Source: a virus
Taxonomy: Duplodnaviria > Caudoviricetes
Strand: one strand, 5' to 3'
Length of the DNA: 64,000 nucleotides
IMG/VR virus record: IMGVR_UViG_3300031555_004309
Location: 1-64,000 of that record
Below the pieces are notes generated by a model, which saw only the letters and a list, made by a program, of their open reading frames with translations, was not told the DNA's origin and made no database searches. Position 1 is the stretch's first letter. Each line of letters starts with the position of its first letter. A program made the position numbers and the translations under genes. Shown here in pieces: positions 26,432 through 36,527 of this stretch.

Positions 26432-27352
26432 TTATTCTGTAATGCCAAAATATGCATTAAGCAATTCTATAACTTTTTCATTGTCTGTTCCAGTTGAAGA
26501 TATTTTATATCTTACACTTCCTCTGCTTGATGCTTCTGCTCCATATGCCGATTTCGCATAATAATAAGTTGTACCATTATATAATATTTCATTTGTTGCA
26601 CTAGTACGATAATGGTCGGAAGAAGTATAACGACTCCAAACCATACAATCACTAACTTGTTCTGTAAATACAGCATAGGCAGAACCGGAACTATCAAAAC
26701 CAACAATGCAAAGTCTTGAAGCAGAATAATTAGTTGAGGTATGATTTGCTGCATATTGATTACCATTAATTGATGTAGATATAGCTGTACCGAAATCGTA
26801 TTCTGTTAAAATAGCAATTATTTCTATATCTGAATCTGGAGTATACGGAAATGCAATCAGATTATTGTTGCTATCTTTCCAACCGTTAAATGATTTACTT
26901 GTTACTGGCGCAGGCGGCTCTGTTATACTTTCACCCTGCTGACAAGAAACAATATAATAATCGTCACCGTCAACCTTAAATTTTACATAATAGCCGATAT
27001 TTCCTATTTCAGGATTTGGATAACGGTCAATATTAATATCTGTATCACCAACGCCTGTTAACTCACCACTACTAAAACTTAACGGAACATTGTTGTCATC
27101 ATACATTATTGCTGTAATCTGTCCGTCTGTTTCGGTTACTGTAAGTGTATGTTCATTTTCGTCTGCGTCTGTTATAGTATATTTTCCGTCTGCATTTAGC
27201 ATTATGTCGGTTATCTCTATACCGCCATTTTCTATCGCCTCATCAATCTTCTCTCTTAAATTCCCATAAGTCACACTTTTATCTTCGGGGAAATACTTTA
27301 AATAAATCTCTTTTATATCTTCAGGAAACTTATACACTAATTCTCTATCCAT
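26432..27352 (-). CDS. InlB B-repeat-like module plus variable domain
   Basis: YYVKFKVDGDDYYIVSCQQGESITEPP; C-terminal ELLNAYFG shared with 24794-25465. Confidence 0.65.
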   Translation of the reverse strand: MDRELVYKFPEDIKEIYLKYFPEDKSVTYGNLREKIDEAIENGGIEITDIMLNADGKYTITDADENEHTLTVTETDGQITAIMYDDNNVPLSFSSGELTGVGDTDINIDRYPNPEIGNIGYYVKFKVDGDDYYIVSCQQGESITEPPAPVTSKSFNGWKDSNNNLIAFPYTPDSDIEIIAILTEYDFGTAISTSINGNQYAANHTSTNYSASRLCIVGFDSSGSAYAVFTEQVSDCMVWSRYTSSDHYRTSATNEILYNGTTYYYAKSAYGAEASSRGSVRYKISSTGTDNEKVIELLNAYFGITE

Positions 27353-27383
27353 TTTCTCCTTTCACCTCTTCCAAAATGTTGTC

Positions 27384-27425
27384 AAAAAAAATATTGCCGA
27401 AAACAATTTTTGTCTTCGACAATAT
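27384..27425 (-). terminator. intrinsic terminator after helicase
   Basis: ATATTGTCGAAGACAA-AAA-TTGTTTTCGGCAATAT plus T-tract. Confidence 0.7.
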
Positions 27426-27454
27426 GTGAGATTTAAAGTTAAAAACTCTAATTT

Positions 27455-28531
27455 TTAAAATTCCATATAACTTAAATTTTCTTTTTTCTTACGTGGTGCG
27501 GCCGCCTTCTTAGGAATGAACCAAAATAAACTATTTCTTGCTCTTGTCGCCGCAACATATGAAATTCTCTTCTCTTCATCATTCCACCGATGCGCGCCTA
27601 TTACCATAACATTATCATTCTCCAACCCTTTCGAAGTATGAATAGTGAGAACTTTTACAGTATTCTCCTTCATTCTCTCTTGAAGTTGGGATAAGTCCAA
27701 GTCCGCTTTCTTAAAAGTATCACAAGGTATATCATTCTTCTCCAACACTTTTATCATATCATCAACTTCTTTATTCGTTCTACAAAGTATGAACCACGAC
27801 CTATACTCCTCACCCATTTCAAGCTCTTGAAGAATTTTATGTATCTCGAATTGGTTAACTTCTACATATCCACGGCGCGCCGTCATACAAACATTGGGAA
27901 CTTTATAAATATCAGTAACTGAGGCAAGGATTGTATCTGCATAGTCGATTATATCTGCGCCGCAACGATAGTTATAAGTCAAATTGAAAACAGTAACAGA
28001 AGGATCTCTTACCAATCTCATAAAATGGTGATAATTAGAGCCTTTGAAACTATATATACTTTGGCATGAGTCACCGCAGAAATAAAAATTCTTTGGCTTC
28101 AAATCTTTTATCATAAACTCATACTCATTATCACAAATATCTTGAAACTCGTCCACCAATAAATGTTCAACTTCAGGAATATATAAATCTCTATTATGTA
28201 CTTGTTCAAATAACCAATCAAAATTTTCGTTCTCTAATTGCGCCGAGGTCGACACCCCGTTCATTAAAAGAATATAGTTTGCAAGACTATGGATTGTACC
28301 TATAAACACTCCTTCTGCCTCTTTCGGTAATCTACTCCTCATTTCTTGTGCGGCGGCGTTAGTGAAAGTTATTGCGAATATGTTCTTGGAATCAATACCT
28401 TGAGAAAGGAGAAACTCGATTCTTGCCATAATTGTTCGTGTCTTACCAGTTCCGCACGCAGATGCGACAAGAACTTTGTCTGAGTCAGTTATTACGGCCG
28501 CACGCTGTTCTTCGTTTAAATCTATTGTCAT
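27455..28531 (-). CDS. compact UvrD/Rep SF1A helicase
   Basis: LNEEQ, GTGKT, ITFTNAAA, DEFQD, GD..QSIYSF, NYR, TIHTSKGLE, YVAATRAR. Confidence 0.9.
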   Translation of the reverse strand: MTIDLNEEQRAAVITDSDKVLVASACGTGKTRTIMARIEFLLSQGIDSKNIFAITFTNAAAQEMRSRLPKEAEGVFIGTIHSLANYILLMNGVSTSAQLENENFDWLFEQVHNRDLYIPEVEHLLVDEFQDICDNEYEFMIKDLKPKNFYFCGDSCQSIYSFKGSNYHHFMRLVRDPSVTVFNLTYNYRCGADIIDYADTILASVTDIYKVPNVCMTARRGYVEVNQFEIHKILQELEMGEEYRSWFILCRTNKEVDDMIKVLEKNDIPCDTFKKADLDLSQLQERMKENTVKVLTIHTSKGLENDNVMVIGAHRWNDEEKRISYVAATRARNSLFWFIPKKAAAPRKKKENLSYMEF

Positions 28532-28632
28532 TTTGGATACCTCTTGAGATTAGATTTTCTATTTATATTATAGCAGAAAAGAGAAAAAAAGTCAAGGATT
28601 TGGAATCCTTGACTTTTAGAAAAATTATAAAA

Positions 28633-30381
28633 TTAATCTGCAACTCTTTTTAATCTTAATACTGTTACTCCAACATCAACATTAACATTATTTAAAGCTA
28701 AATGTCGAGGAATTTCTGTTAACCAGCGAGCATCAAGTGTTTCATCTCCTGTTTTAAAAATATCACTATCTCCTGTTCCATTTGGGAAAGGTATCCACTT
28801 TTTATAACATAAAGCCGGACTTGTTGAAGTATCTTGAAAGGCTAATGTTGAATTTATGCCTCTTACATACTTATCGGCACCATCTTGATTATTTGGAAAC
28901 GCCCAATATCTTCCAGTACACATTTTAATTGTAATTTTTAAAGTCTGATTTCCAAAAAATTCTGAACTCGTTTCAAAACCATATCCATCCGCTGACTCTG
29001 GAGAATATTGCTCTTTCCATATAGTGGCTTGAGTGCTTGTAACTTCATTTTTACCAACGACTCTATTCCAAACACTTATGCCTATTTTCTTTCCATTGTC
29101 TTTTACCAATAATCCTGGGCAGTTCAGAGATACTCCGGTTGTAGGCCAATGAATATCTGAAACATAACTATAAGTAGTAGTAGTTCCTTCTATTGTTGTT
29201 GAAGTCGTAGTAGTTAAGAAATAACATTGGTTAGAGGCTCCTGTATTAGGTGTTAAAGAAATCTCCATATTTCTTGAACTTTGTCTTTCTCCTTCTGCAT
29301 AATAATGCCGAGGATAAGTTCCATTACAATGGAGAGGACAATCTGATATTGTATTATAAAATTCATAAGAATGTTCTCTACTTCTTCCTCCTGTATGATC
29401 TGGAACTAAAGCGGTAGCTACAGAAGCTTCATTTACCATCCAAGTATCATCATTATGTCTTACAAAACCATATTCTCTAAAACCATGGGCATAATAATCT
29501 CTATAATATCCTGGTTGGCCCCCTCTTGCTAAAATTGCTAAATCCCATATCTCATAGTGGTATCCGGTTCCTGCTGGTCGAATTCTTTTGGGTAATTGTA
29601 AAGTAAATTCCATTGTCGTTTGATTATTAGTTATAACTCCTGGACAATGGATGATATTTGTTTGATCATCTGGTATACAAGAAGTAATTGTAATATAATT
29701 TCCATCTTCAATATCATAGAATATCCTTGGCTCTGTAACAGTAATCCAATTTTCAATATTACAAACTCTTGTATTTAAACCATTAATTTCCGACTGTATA
29801 GTAATAAAACTACTCGTAGTCGTCTCTTCAAACTCTTCCAGACTACTAATAGTTGTCTCAACCACACTACTTAAAGTAGTCAATCCACTCTCTAAAGTAG
29901 TCACCCTATCTGTCAAATCGTCTATCTCTTCCAATGCATATTCTGCGGCTTCCCGCGCAATCTTCGCATCAATATAACTATCATCGTCATACTCTAATGG
30001 TTCTTCACCAATTCCATTCGTATATACAGGGAAAAATACATAATTCGTAGTAATTTGATTATTATTATTTTCATAAATAATACTTACAGTAAAGCCAGGT
30101 TCTCTCAAAACTTCAGAAGGAAATTCTCTATCTTTATCTTCTTCAGTTTCTGCTTTTACAATTAAAGTCGCAACCCCATCTACTGCTTGTACTTCTTTAT
30201 GAATATGTCTATTAAAATAAAAATCAACTACCGAATTAACATTAGAGGGTAAATTAACAGTCATACTAACTAACCCTTCACTACGAGCAACAAGATGATA
30301 TTCTCCTGTTACTTTTTCCGCAGTTAATTTCTGAGGCTCAGGTAAATTAGCATACATTATAATCTGTTTTTCTTCTCCCAT
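28633..30381 (-). CDS. tail fibre/receptor-binding-like protein
   Basis: N-terminal Ig-like region, RVTTLE coiled coil, beta-rich C-terminus. Confidence 0.5.
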   Translation of the reverse strand: MGEEKQIIMYANLPEPQKLTAEKVTGEYHLVARSEGLVSMTVNLPSNVNSVVDFYFNRHIHKEVQAVDGVATLIVKAETEEDKDREFPSEVLREPGFTVSIIYENNNNQITTNYVFFPVYTNGIGEEPLEYDDDSYIDAKIAREAAEYALEEIDDLTDRVTTLESGLTTLSSVVETTISSLEEFEETTTSSFITIQSEINGLNTRVCNIENWITVTEPRIFYDIEDGNYITITSCIPDDQTNIIHCPGVITNNQTTMEFTLQLPKRIRPAGTGYHYEIWDLAILARGGQPGYYRDYYAHGFREYGFVRHNDDTWMVNEASVATALVPDHTGGRSREHSYEFYNTISDCPLHCNGTYPRHYYAEGERQSSRNMEISLTPNTGASNQCYFLTTTTSTTIEGTTTTYSYVSDIHWPTTGVSLNCPGLLVKDNGKKIGISVWNRVVGKNEVTSTQATIWKEQYSPESADGYGFETSSEFFGNQTLKITIKMCTGRYWAFPNNQDGADKYVRGINSTLAFQDTSTSPALCYKKWIPFPNGTGDSDIFKTGDETLDARWLTEIPRHLALNNVNVDVGVTVLRLKRVAD

Positions 30382-30394
30382 TCTCTCACCTCTC

Positions 30395-31102
30395 TTATTT
30401 AATCTCCTCTATACAAATATATCCTACTTCTTTTCCTACTCGGACGCGCGCCCAAGCACCAAAATAATCTTCTATTTGTATCAGAGTTCCTCTTTTTAAT
30501 TTTTTTATTGTATAATATCCTTTACTCGGCCCGCTTTTTAATTCAACCTCTTCCCCTAAAGTCCAAGGTTTCGGTAAATCCGCCCAAGTAGGATTTTTAA
30601 CTACATTCTCTAAATCAATCCAGCCTTGACCAGAGAATAATTTTCCTTTTCCATCTTTTTCAAAAATTATTAAATGAAAGGAATTTTCTTTCAATTTTTC
30701 GCCAGTATCAGTTTCAATTTCTTTATCTAAATATACATAATAAGGTTCGAAGGTGAATTGCGCAAGTTCATCTTCTTTTTTTTCTTCATTCTCTTTAATT
30801 ATCGTTTGATAATCTTCAAGAGTTTGAAAAAGAAAATTAAAACTCTTTTTCATTTCTTCAATAGAAACTGTTTGTGCGGCGAATAGCTTATCCATTTCAC
30901 TAAAAATTTCCGCGGCTTCTTTAAGTCTTTTTTCCTCTTCTTTTTCTTTTTCTTTTTTTAAGGCTTTTGCGCCCTTCCGCCAAAGAAGGACGCTTATGCC
31001 TATTCCTATTAAAATTAGTCCGATTATTACACTCAATAAAATTTCTAATTTCATAACTCCATCCAGCCTGTTACATAATCTCCGATAGGTCTCTTGCCGC
31101 AA
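30395..31102 (-). CDS. membrane protein with C-terminal SH3b domain
   Basis: TM helix, coiled coil, SGP..Y..I..L..G...W.RV....VGYI. Confidence 0.65.
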   Translation of the reverse strand: MRQETYRRLCNRLDGVMKLEILLSVIIGLILIGIGISVLLWRKGAKALKKEKEKEEEKRLKEAAEIFSEMDKLFAAQTVSIEEMKKSFNFLFQTLEDYQTIIKENEEKKEDELAQFTFEPYYVYLDKEIETDTGEKLKENSFHLIIFEKDGKGKLFSGQGWIDLENVVKNPTWADLPKPWTLGEEVELKSGPSKGYYTIKKLKRGTLIQIEDYFGAWARVRVGKEVGYICIEEIK

Positions 31103-32079
31103 TACTTCTTACTAATTGTAACTCTATATCTACCATTAACCTTTTCGCCATCATAGATATAAAAAGTACCAGTTCTTTTCTTTGAAGTAGAAGTTGAAGT
31201 TGCGCTTGTATAAAGAGGTTTATCTTTAACTGCAACGGCATCTCCTTTTTTATAACCTTTTTTCGCTTTCTTTGCTGCGGCTGCCTTAGCCTTTTCTTCT
31301 GCTTTCTGTTTCTTTAAAAGTTCATTAACTTTCTTTTGAACTGCATCATAATTATATCCCGCAGCTTCAAGTCTTTGCTTACGAGTGGGTTTTGAATGTT
31401 TATCTCCCCACTTATCATCAATAACTTCTTGAGCGATTACAGAAAGGCTCTTCTTCACAACTTTTTTATATCCGTTAAGTCCTTTCTCTTTCATAATCTT
31501 AGGATAGTCCTTGTATGCATAATCCTTATCAACATTACCAGAGATACCTTTAACTTTTCCGCTCTCTGAATATTGCCACATTGTATAGGTGCCAGTATAA
31601 GTACATTTATCATTCCACTGAGCAACCCATACATCATAATCTTTTAAAGCTTTAATATCTAATTTTGAAGTGAGCCAGCCTTTGCTTGCATAAATACCAA
31701 CATAGTATCCTGCAGCTGCAACCTTATCACAAAAAGTCTTTGTAATTTTAGTTAATGTCGCCGCAGAAAGTCCAGCAATAGACTTATCTTCAATATCGAA
31801 CCAAATAGGATATTCAAATTGTTTACCTTTTAAAATCCCAATAACAAAATTAGCTTCTTGAGTTGCCTTTTCAATTGTATCAGCATAGGTATAGTGATAA
31901 TAACCAATTGGTACGCCCGCAGCTTTTGCGTTCTTATAATTCAGTTCAAACTTCTCATCTTTACCTGTTCTTCCGTAACTACCTCTCAAAATTGCAAATT
32001 GAACTTCGTTTTTCTTAACCTTATTCCAATCTATAACACCTTGAAAGGTAGATACATCAATACCTTTTACTGTTGCCAT
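31051..32079 (-). CDS. endolysin, GH25 muramidase plus CW_7 repeat plus SH3-like domain
   Basis: GIDVS.FQG, YPIWFDIE, WQYS, IAQEVI..KWG...RLEAAGYNYDAVQ; start set at MATVKG after GAAGGTG RBS. Confidence 0.92.
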   Translation of the reverse strand: MATVKGIDVSTFQGVIDWNKVKKNEVQFAILRGSYGRTGKDEKFELNYKNAKAAGVPIGYYHYTYADTIEKATQEANFVIGILKGKQFEYPIWFDIEDKSIAGLSAATLTKITKTFCDKVAAAGYYVGIYASKGWLTSKLDIKALKDYDVWVAQWNDKCTYTGTYTMWQYSESGKVKGISGNVDKDYAYKDYPKIMKEKGLNGYKKVVKKSLSVIAQEVIDDKWGDKHSKPTRKQRLEAAGYNYDAVQKKVNELLKKQKAEEKAKAAAAKKAKKGYKKGDAVAVKDKPLYTSATSTSTSKKRTGTFYIYDGEKVNGRYRVTISKKYCGKRPIGDYVTGWMEL

Positions 32080-32080
32080 A

Positions 32081-32434
32081 TTATTCACCTTCCTCTTCTT
32101 CAATTTCTACTTCTTCACCTTTAACAGCAAATGCAAGAGAAGGATTGTTCTCAATCCAATCTTCTAATTGGAGAAGTGCAAGTTCTACCCAACCGCTAAA
32201 TCTTTCAAAAGAAATGAAAAGTTGCATAACAGGAAATTGCTTCATAAACATATCGTATACTGCACGAAGTTTTAATTGACCAGTTCCGCTACCAAGTTCT
32301 ATCTCGGCTTGCGCGCAGGCCCAAACAAGCCATTCCTTAATCTTTTCAGGTCTCTTAACAAGATTATAAATTGCCATTCCACCAACTAAAAGTACAACAA
32401 CAATATAAGGAATATACTTTACAAATTCTTGCAT
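32081..32434 (-). CDS. phage holin (LL-H-like)
   Basis: TM plus EWL.WA...AE..LGSGTGQLKLR.VYD; directly upstream of endolysin. Confidence 0.8.
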   Translation of the reverse strand: MQEFVKYIPYIVVVLLVGGMAIYNLVKRPEKIKEWLVWACAQAEIELGSGTGQLKLRAVYDMFMKQFPVMQLFISFERFSGWVELALLQLEDWIENNPSLAFAVKGEEVEIEEEEGE

Positions 32435-32437
32435 ATC

Positions 32438-32686
32438 TCATACCTCCTTTTTTAATAATTCTGAAACATAGTTTAAAGTTTCTTCTCTTTGAGAAGAGAA
32501 TTTTATTTTATCTCCCTTTTTAATTCCTAATGAAAGTAAGCCAAGTAACGAATGCGCATTTATTTTTCTTTCATCTTTTTCGCAATATAAAGACGAAAAC
32601 ACATTTAAAGAAACTGTTTGCACAAATTGTTGCGCGGCCCTTCCATTAAGGTCATAAGGAAATTCAATTACCTTTTCGAATTCCAT
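32438..32686 (-). CDS. HPr-family phosphocarrier-like protein lacking His15
   Basis: DLNGRAAQQFVQ (vs GLHARPA) and INAHSLLGLLSLGIKKGD (Ser46 motif). Confidence 0.8.
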   Translation of the reverse strand: MEFEKVIEFPYDLNGRAAQQFVQTVSLNVFSSLYCEKDERKINAHSLLGLLSLGIKKGDKIKFSSQREETLNYVSELLKKEV

Positions 32687-33096
32687 TACTTATCACCTCC
32701 AAACTTTTCTCTTGTTAATTGATCGTTGTGATAGATAGATTTAACAAGATACTCTGGTAAAAAAAGAGATTTTAAATCTGTTAATTTATCATAGTCCCAA
32801 AAAGGAATACGATATAATGGAATATGATGTGTAATTGCATATGCGTTTTTCTTTCTATCGCATTCTTTTCTATACATAAAACTCGAAAAATTCTTGTTAA
32901 AGTATGAAGAATATAAGAAGTGCGGCTCACCATCATATTCAAGTAATCCAACTAATTGTCCATTCCTATATATAGCAAAATCAAACCTTAAAGGCGCTTT
33001 CTTCTTCCCATTTAAATATGGGAAAGTTACTTCTCTTTTAAAGGAGATTTTATTTGCCTTTAAGATTTGAACAATCTTATTTTCTCCTTTGCTCAC
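32686..33096 (-). CDS. PD-(D/E)xK / Vsr-like endonuclease
   Basis: SKGE..I, LRFDF, EYDGEPH, D..KN.YA, L.RIPFWD. Confidence 0.75.
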   Translation of the reverse strand: MSKGENKIVQILKANKISFKREVTFPYLNGKKKAPLRFDFAIYRNGQLVGLLEYDGEPHFLYSSYFNKNFSSFMYRKECDRKKNAYAITHHIPLYRIPFWDYDKLTDLKSLFLPEYLVKSIYHNDQLTREKFGGDK

Positions 33097-33172
33097 TTAT
33101 AACACTCCTCATTTTACTCTATTTCAATTATAAGTGAGCAAAGTCTTTTTAAACTTCAATTTTTATTTTTTA

Positions 33173-34282
33173 TCAACCAAAAACCTTATCATAGGTACAA
33201 TCTTTCCAACTTATATCATCTCTCCATTCCATTATCTTCGCGTGACGTAATGCTTGAGTATCTTTTTCAATCATCATTGCACTTACCTTACAAACTTTAT
33301 GAAGAATAGGACAAGGTTTTTCTATTATTTGAGATTTAATTTCTTCTGTTACATTTGAAATCCAACCAATAGGAACAACTTCATCTCCTTTTAAAACTCC
33401 TATCTCAACTGCGCCCGCCCAACCAAAGAACGCACCTTTAGTAATAGGAATAAGCGGAGAACCCATCGCATATGCAGAATAATAATCTCCCATTAATCTC
33501 GTCTCATTTTTATCATTCCACCAATAAGGCCAGGTCTCAATTTCTTTTCCTTTATATTCCCAAGTGGACGGTTTATAATTACCAGTTAAGAAGCAATCAA
33601 TTTCATTCCCAATTTCTTTCTTAACTTTAATACTTTTTCGCGCGGGCCGCTTACCAGGTTCATACTTACCATCTTTAATTTGAAGTACGACGCCTTCCCA
33701 ACCTTTTTCTAAGCAATAGCCAATGTAATCAAGAAGTTCATCTCCTTCATAGTAGCGGGCGCGCACCAAGTAAGTAAACTTCATTCTTTCAAACACATTT
33801 TTAAACAAAGTAATTCTATCTACCATTTCAGTGTCCATTAAATTTTTTCCACCGTAAGCTAAACAATCAAAAATATAATAATAAAGTTTTTCACCTTTTT
33901 CTTGACGTTCTATTGCTTTTGCGGGTAAACATCCCATTATAGTGGTAACTGCACGACTTTGTTCATTATTAGGAAAGAAAATTTCACCTATTAAACAAGT
34001 TCCATTAGGAAATTGAGAAAATTCTTCTTTTAAGTGAGGAACAAGTTCAATTTTATTGAGATATCCACCTTTTGTGCTTTCAGTTCTACTACGAAGAAAA
34101 AGATTTCCATCATCATCTTTTAGCATCATAAACCAATGACCGTCGATTTTTCTTGCCGCGAAATAGTCACCACTTTTAACTGCATTATATACTAATTCTT
34201 TAAGGTTAAGACTCTTTGTAGGACTCCAATATTTTTCTGGTGTCATATTTAAAAAATCATAGTTACCAATATATCCGTACAT
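33173..34282 (-). CDS. ATP-dependent DNA ligase
   Basis: KIDG adenylation motif, GEI, FDCL, EGVVL, KVKK; OB-fold C-terminus LRH. Confidence 0.85.
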   Translation of the reverse strand: MYGYIGNYDFLNMTPEKYWSPTKSLNLKELVYNAVKSGDYFAARKIDGHWFMMLKDDDGNLFLRSRTESTKGGYLNKIELVPHLKEEFSQFPNGTCLIGEIFFPNNEQSRAVTTIMGCLPAKAIERQEKGEKLYYYIFDCLAYGGKNLMDTEMVDRITLFKNVFERMKFTYLVRARYYEGDELLDYIGYCLEKGWEGVVLQIKDGKYEPGKRPARKSIKVKKEIGNEIDCFLTGNYKPSTWEYKGKEIETWPYWWNDKNETRLMGDYYSAYAMGSPLIPITKGAFFGWAGAVEIGVLKGDEVVPIGWISNVTEEIKSQIIEKPCPILHKVCKVSAMMIEKDTQALRHAKIMEWRDDISWKDCTYDKVFG

Positions 34283-34357
34283 TACATTACCTCTTTTCTA
34301 TTTTTATTCTAATTATATTATACCACAAAAAAGAAAAAGTGTCAAGAATTCTTGACA

Positions 34358-34891
34358 CTAATTCCACTTTTCTATTTCTTTTAAAAATTCTTCACTTTTT
34401 ATACTTAATTCTTCTATTGTTCCATTGTTCCAAATCGTATAATCATATTTTCCAGTATCAGTATTTAAATCTGCGGAATTAAAAAACTTCTCAATCCCAT
34501 CTCTTTTTATCAAAAGAGTTCTTACAATAATTTTTCTTTTCTTGAATAACTCCACGAACTCTTTTATTTCCAATTGTTCTCTACAATGAATAAAAACAAT
34601 ACATTCTTTATCGCAAATTTCTTCATATAAATTAATATTTGCAATATCTTTCATTACTTCTTTAACAGGACCGTTATTATAACTCTTCCACGCTCGTTTT
34701 AAGTCTGCTAAAAAGGCGCGCCCAGCATTATCTTTCTCACCTTTCCAGCCCATCGTAGTCGCAATCTCTTTCACACTTGTAATTGTAGAAAGATTCTTAA
34801 TTTCATACTTATCCATACAATAAGTCCTTAACAAAGTAACAAAAGTATCTTTACCTGCACCGCCAGCGCCATTAATAATTACAACTTTCAT
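34358..34891 (-). CDS. P-loop nucleotide (dNMP) kinase
   Basis: INGAGGAGKDT; FIHCRE; YDYTIWNNG. Confidence 0.75.
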   Translation of the reverse strand: MKVVIINGAGGAGKDTFVTLLRTYCMDKYEIKNLSTITSVKEIATTMGWKGEKDNAGRAFLADLKRAWKSYNNGPVKEVMKDIANINLYEEICDKECIVFIHCREQLEIKEFVELFKKRKIIVRTLLIKRDGIEKFFNSADLNTDTGKYDYTIWNNGTIEELSIKSEEFLKEIEKWN

Positions 34892-35892
34892 TATTTCTGC
34901 CTCGCTGCTAAATTAAAATCTTCAATTTCCATTTTTCCATTCGGAAATAAGAATTTAAACACTTTCATTGCAGAAGGAGTTTCAAGTCCAACTTTTGGAA
35001 ATTTTACATATCCATCTGCAAATCCATATTTAAAATATTGAAATTGAATAGGAGTAAAATGTTCAAAATCAAGTTCTTTCTTAAAAGTTTCAAGACTTTT
35101 CCAAAATACTTCTTCTCTTGCTTCACGCGCGGCTCCTTCTTTCGTAGTATAAGTTGTATCTAACATTTTATGGAAAAAGGCACAATGTTCGCCCATATTT
35201 CTAAAAACTTTCTTTTCGTTATATTCATTTTTAAAAATAGTTTGATATGCGAAAATCAAAGTTTCTATTACATCTTCTAAATGGTCAACTGTAAAAGAAC
35301 CTTCACTTCTTGTAATCGATTCTTCATTATGCATCCAATAATACATAGGTTCATTTAAATACCCAACCTTATCAGATAACATATAACATATAGTATTAAA
35401 ACTACCATCTTCATTATATCTATCACAGAATTTAATACCTTTTTCTTTTAAATAACTTCTTCTATATACATTACCGTGAAGCCAAGTAGTATCGCCTTGT
35501 CCCATTCTATTCCAAGTCTTTTCTTTTGTTTGACTAAAAAATGCGCCAATAAGGACGTCCATTCCATTTCTTGTCATTTCCGTCTGTGCCATTTGAACTG
35601 CACTTGGAGCCAACATATCATCAGCATCTAAAAACATAATATACTGATTATTAGTATGGTCTATACCGACCTGCCGCACTAAGCCAGGATACTTCATATT
35701 CTTCTCATTTCTAATATACTGAAGTTTAATGAAAGAAGAAAACTTGTCACAAATCGACTTAATATCCTGAGTTGAACAATCGTCTACTACTGTCACCATA
35801 CATTTTTCAGGATTTGTTTGGGATACGATTGATGCTAAGGCGCGCGGAAGCGTCTTTTCTGCATTATAGCAAGGAATTATAATATCAACCAT
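34891..35892 (-). CDS. glycosyltransferase family 2
   Basis: IIIPCYNAE, VDDCS, FLDADD, NED. Confidence 0.9.
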   Translation of the reverse strand: MVDIIIPCYNAEKTLPRALASIVSQTNPEKCMVTVVDDCSTQDIKSICDKFSSFIKLQYIRNEKNMKYPGLVRQVGIDHTNNQYIMFLDADDMLAPSAVQMAQTEMTRNGMDVLIGAFFSQTKEKTWNRMGQGDTTWLHGNVYRRSYLKEKGIKFCDRYNEDGSFNTICYMLSDKVGYLNEPMYYWMHNEESITRSEGSFTVDHLEDVIETLIFAYQTIFKNEYNEKKVFRNMGEHCAFFHKMLDTTYTTKEGAAREAREEVFWKSLETFKKELDFEHFTPIQFQYFKYGFADGYVKFPKVGLETPSAMKVFKFLFPNGKMEIEDFNLAARQK

Positions 35893-36367
35893 TGGAAACC
35901 TCCTGTGTTTTTGCCTTTACGGCTAATTTATCTACATAATCATTCCAATCATTTTCTCCAGTATGACCTTTTACTTTATAAAAACCAAATCTCATATCTT
36001 CAAAGAAAGGAATAAGTGCTTCCCATAAATCTTTATTTGCAACGGGTTGACGACCACTATTAATCCAACCATTTTGAAGCCATTTCTTATACCAACCTGC
36101 GCGCATACAATTATGAAGATAAGCAGAATCTGTATACACATCAACATAAAGTTCATTATCTTCAGAAAAATGGTCTACACAATACCATAGCCCTTCAAGT
36201 GCCGCATAAAGTTCCATTCTATTATTAGTTGCACCCGCAATCGGACCAATCGCATATTCATATACAATTTCTTCATTTTCATTTAAAACAATGCCCGCGT
36301 ATCCACCAACTGCATTACTATATCCATTATTACTAGTCGCGCCGTCACAATAAATCTTATATTTCAT
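35885..36367 (-). CDS. rnhA: ribonuclease HI
   Basis: IYCDGA, TNNRMEL, TDSAY, NKDLW, KVKGH, N..VDKLA. Confidence 0.92.
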   Translation of the reverse strand: MKYKIYCDGATSNNGYSNAVGGYAGIVLNENEEIVYEYAIGPIAGATNNRMELYAALEGLWYCVDHFSEDNELYVDVYTDSAYLHNCMRAGWYKKWLQNGWINSGRQPVANKDLWEALIPFFEDMRFGFYKVKGHTGENDWNDYVDKLAVKAKTQEVSNG

Positions 36368-36416
36368 ATACTTATACTTCTCCTTTTATTCATTTAATTT
36401 TTATATTTATAATTAA

Positions 36417-36490
36417 ATTATACTCCAATTTTTTGTTTTTGTCAAATTTTAAATTCTAAATTTGACTTTTTCTACAAAATATGGTATAAT
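36417..36490. promoter_or_regulatory. back-to-back sigma-A promoters at the strand switch
   Basis: Minus: TTGACA(36440-45)-17-TATAAT(36417-22); plus: TTGACT(36462-67)-17-TATAAT(36485-90). Confidence 0.85.
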
Positions 36491-36527
36491 TATTATGTAT
36501 GAATACAAAAAGTAAGGAGGGAATATA

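Noticed and set aside
18760-27352. Diversity-generating retroelement or shufflon
   Set aside because: No reverse transcriptase or invertase seen; paralog differences are not adenine-specific and all modules are co-oriented.
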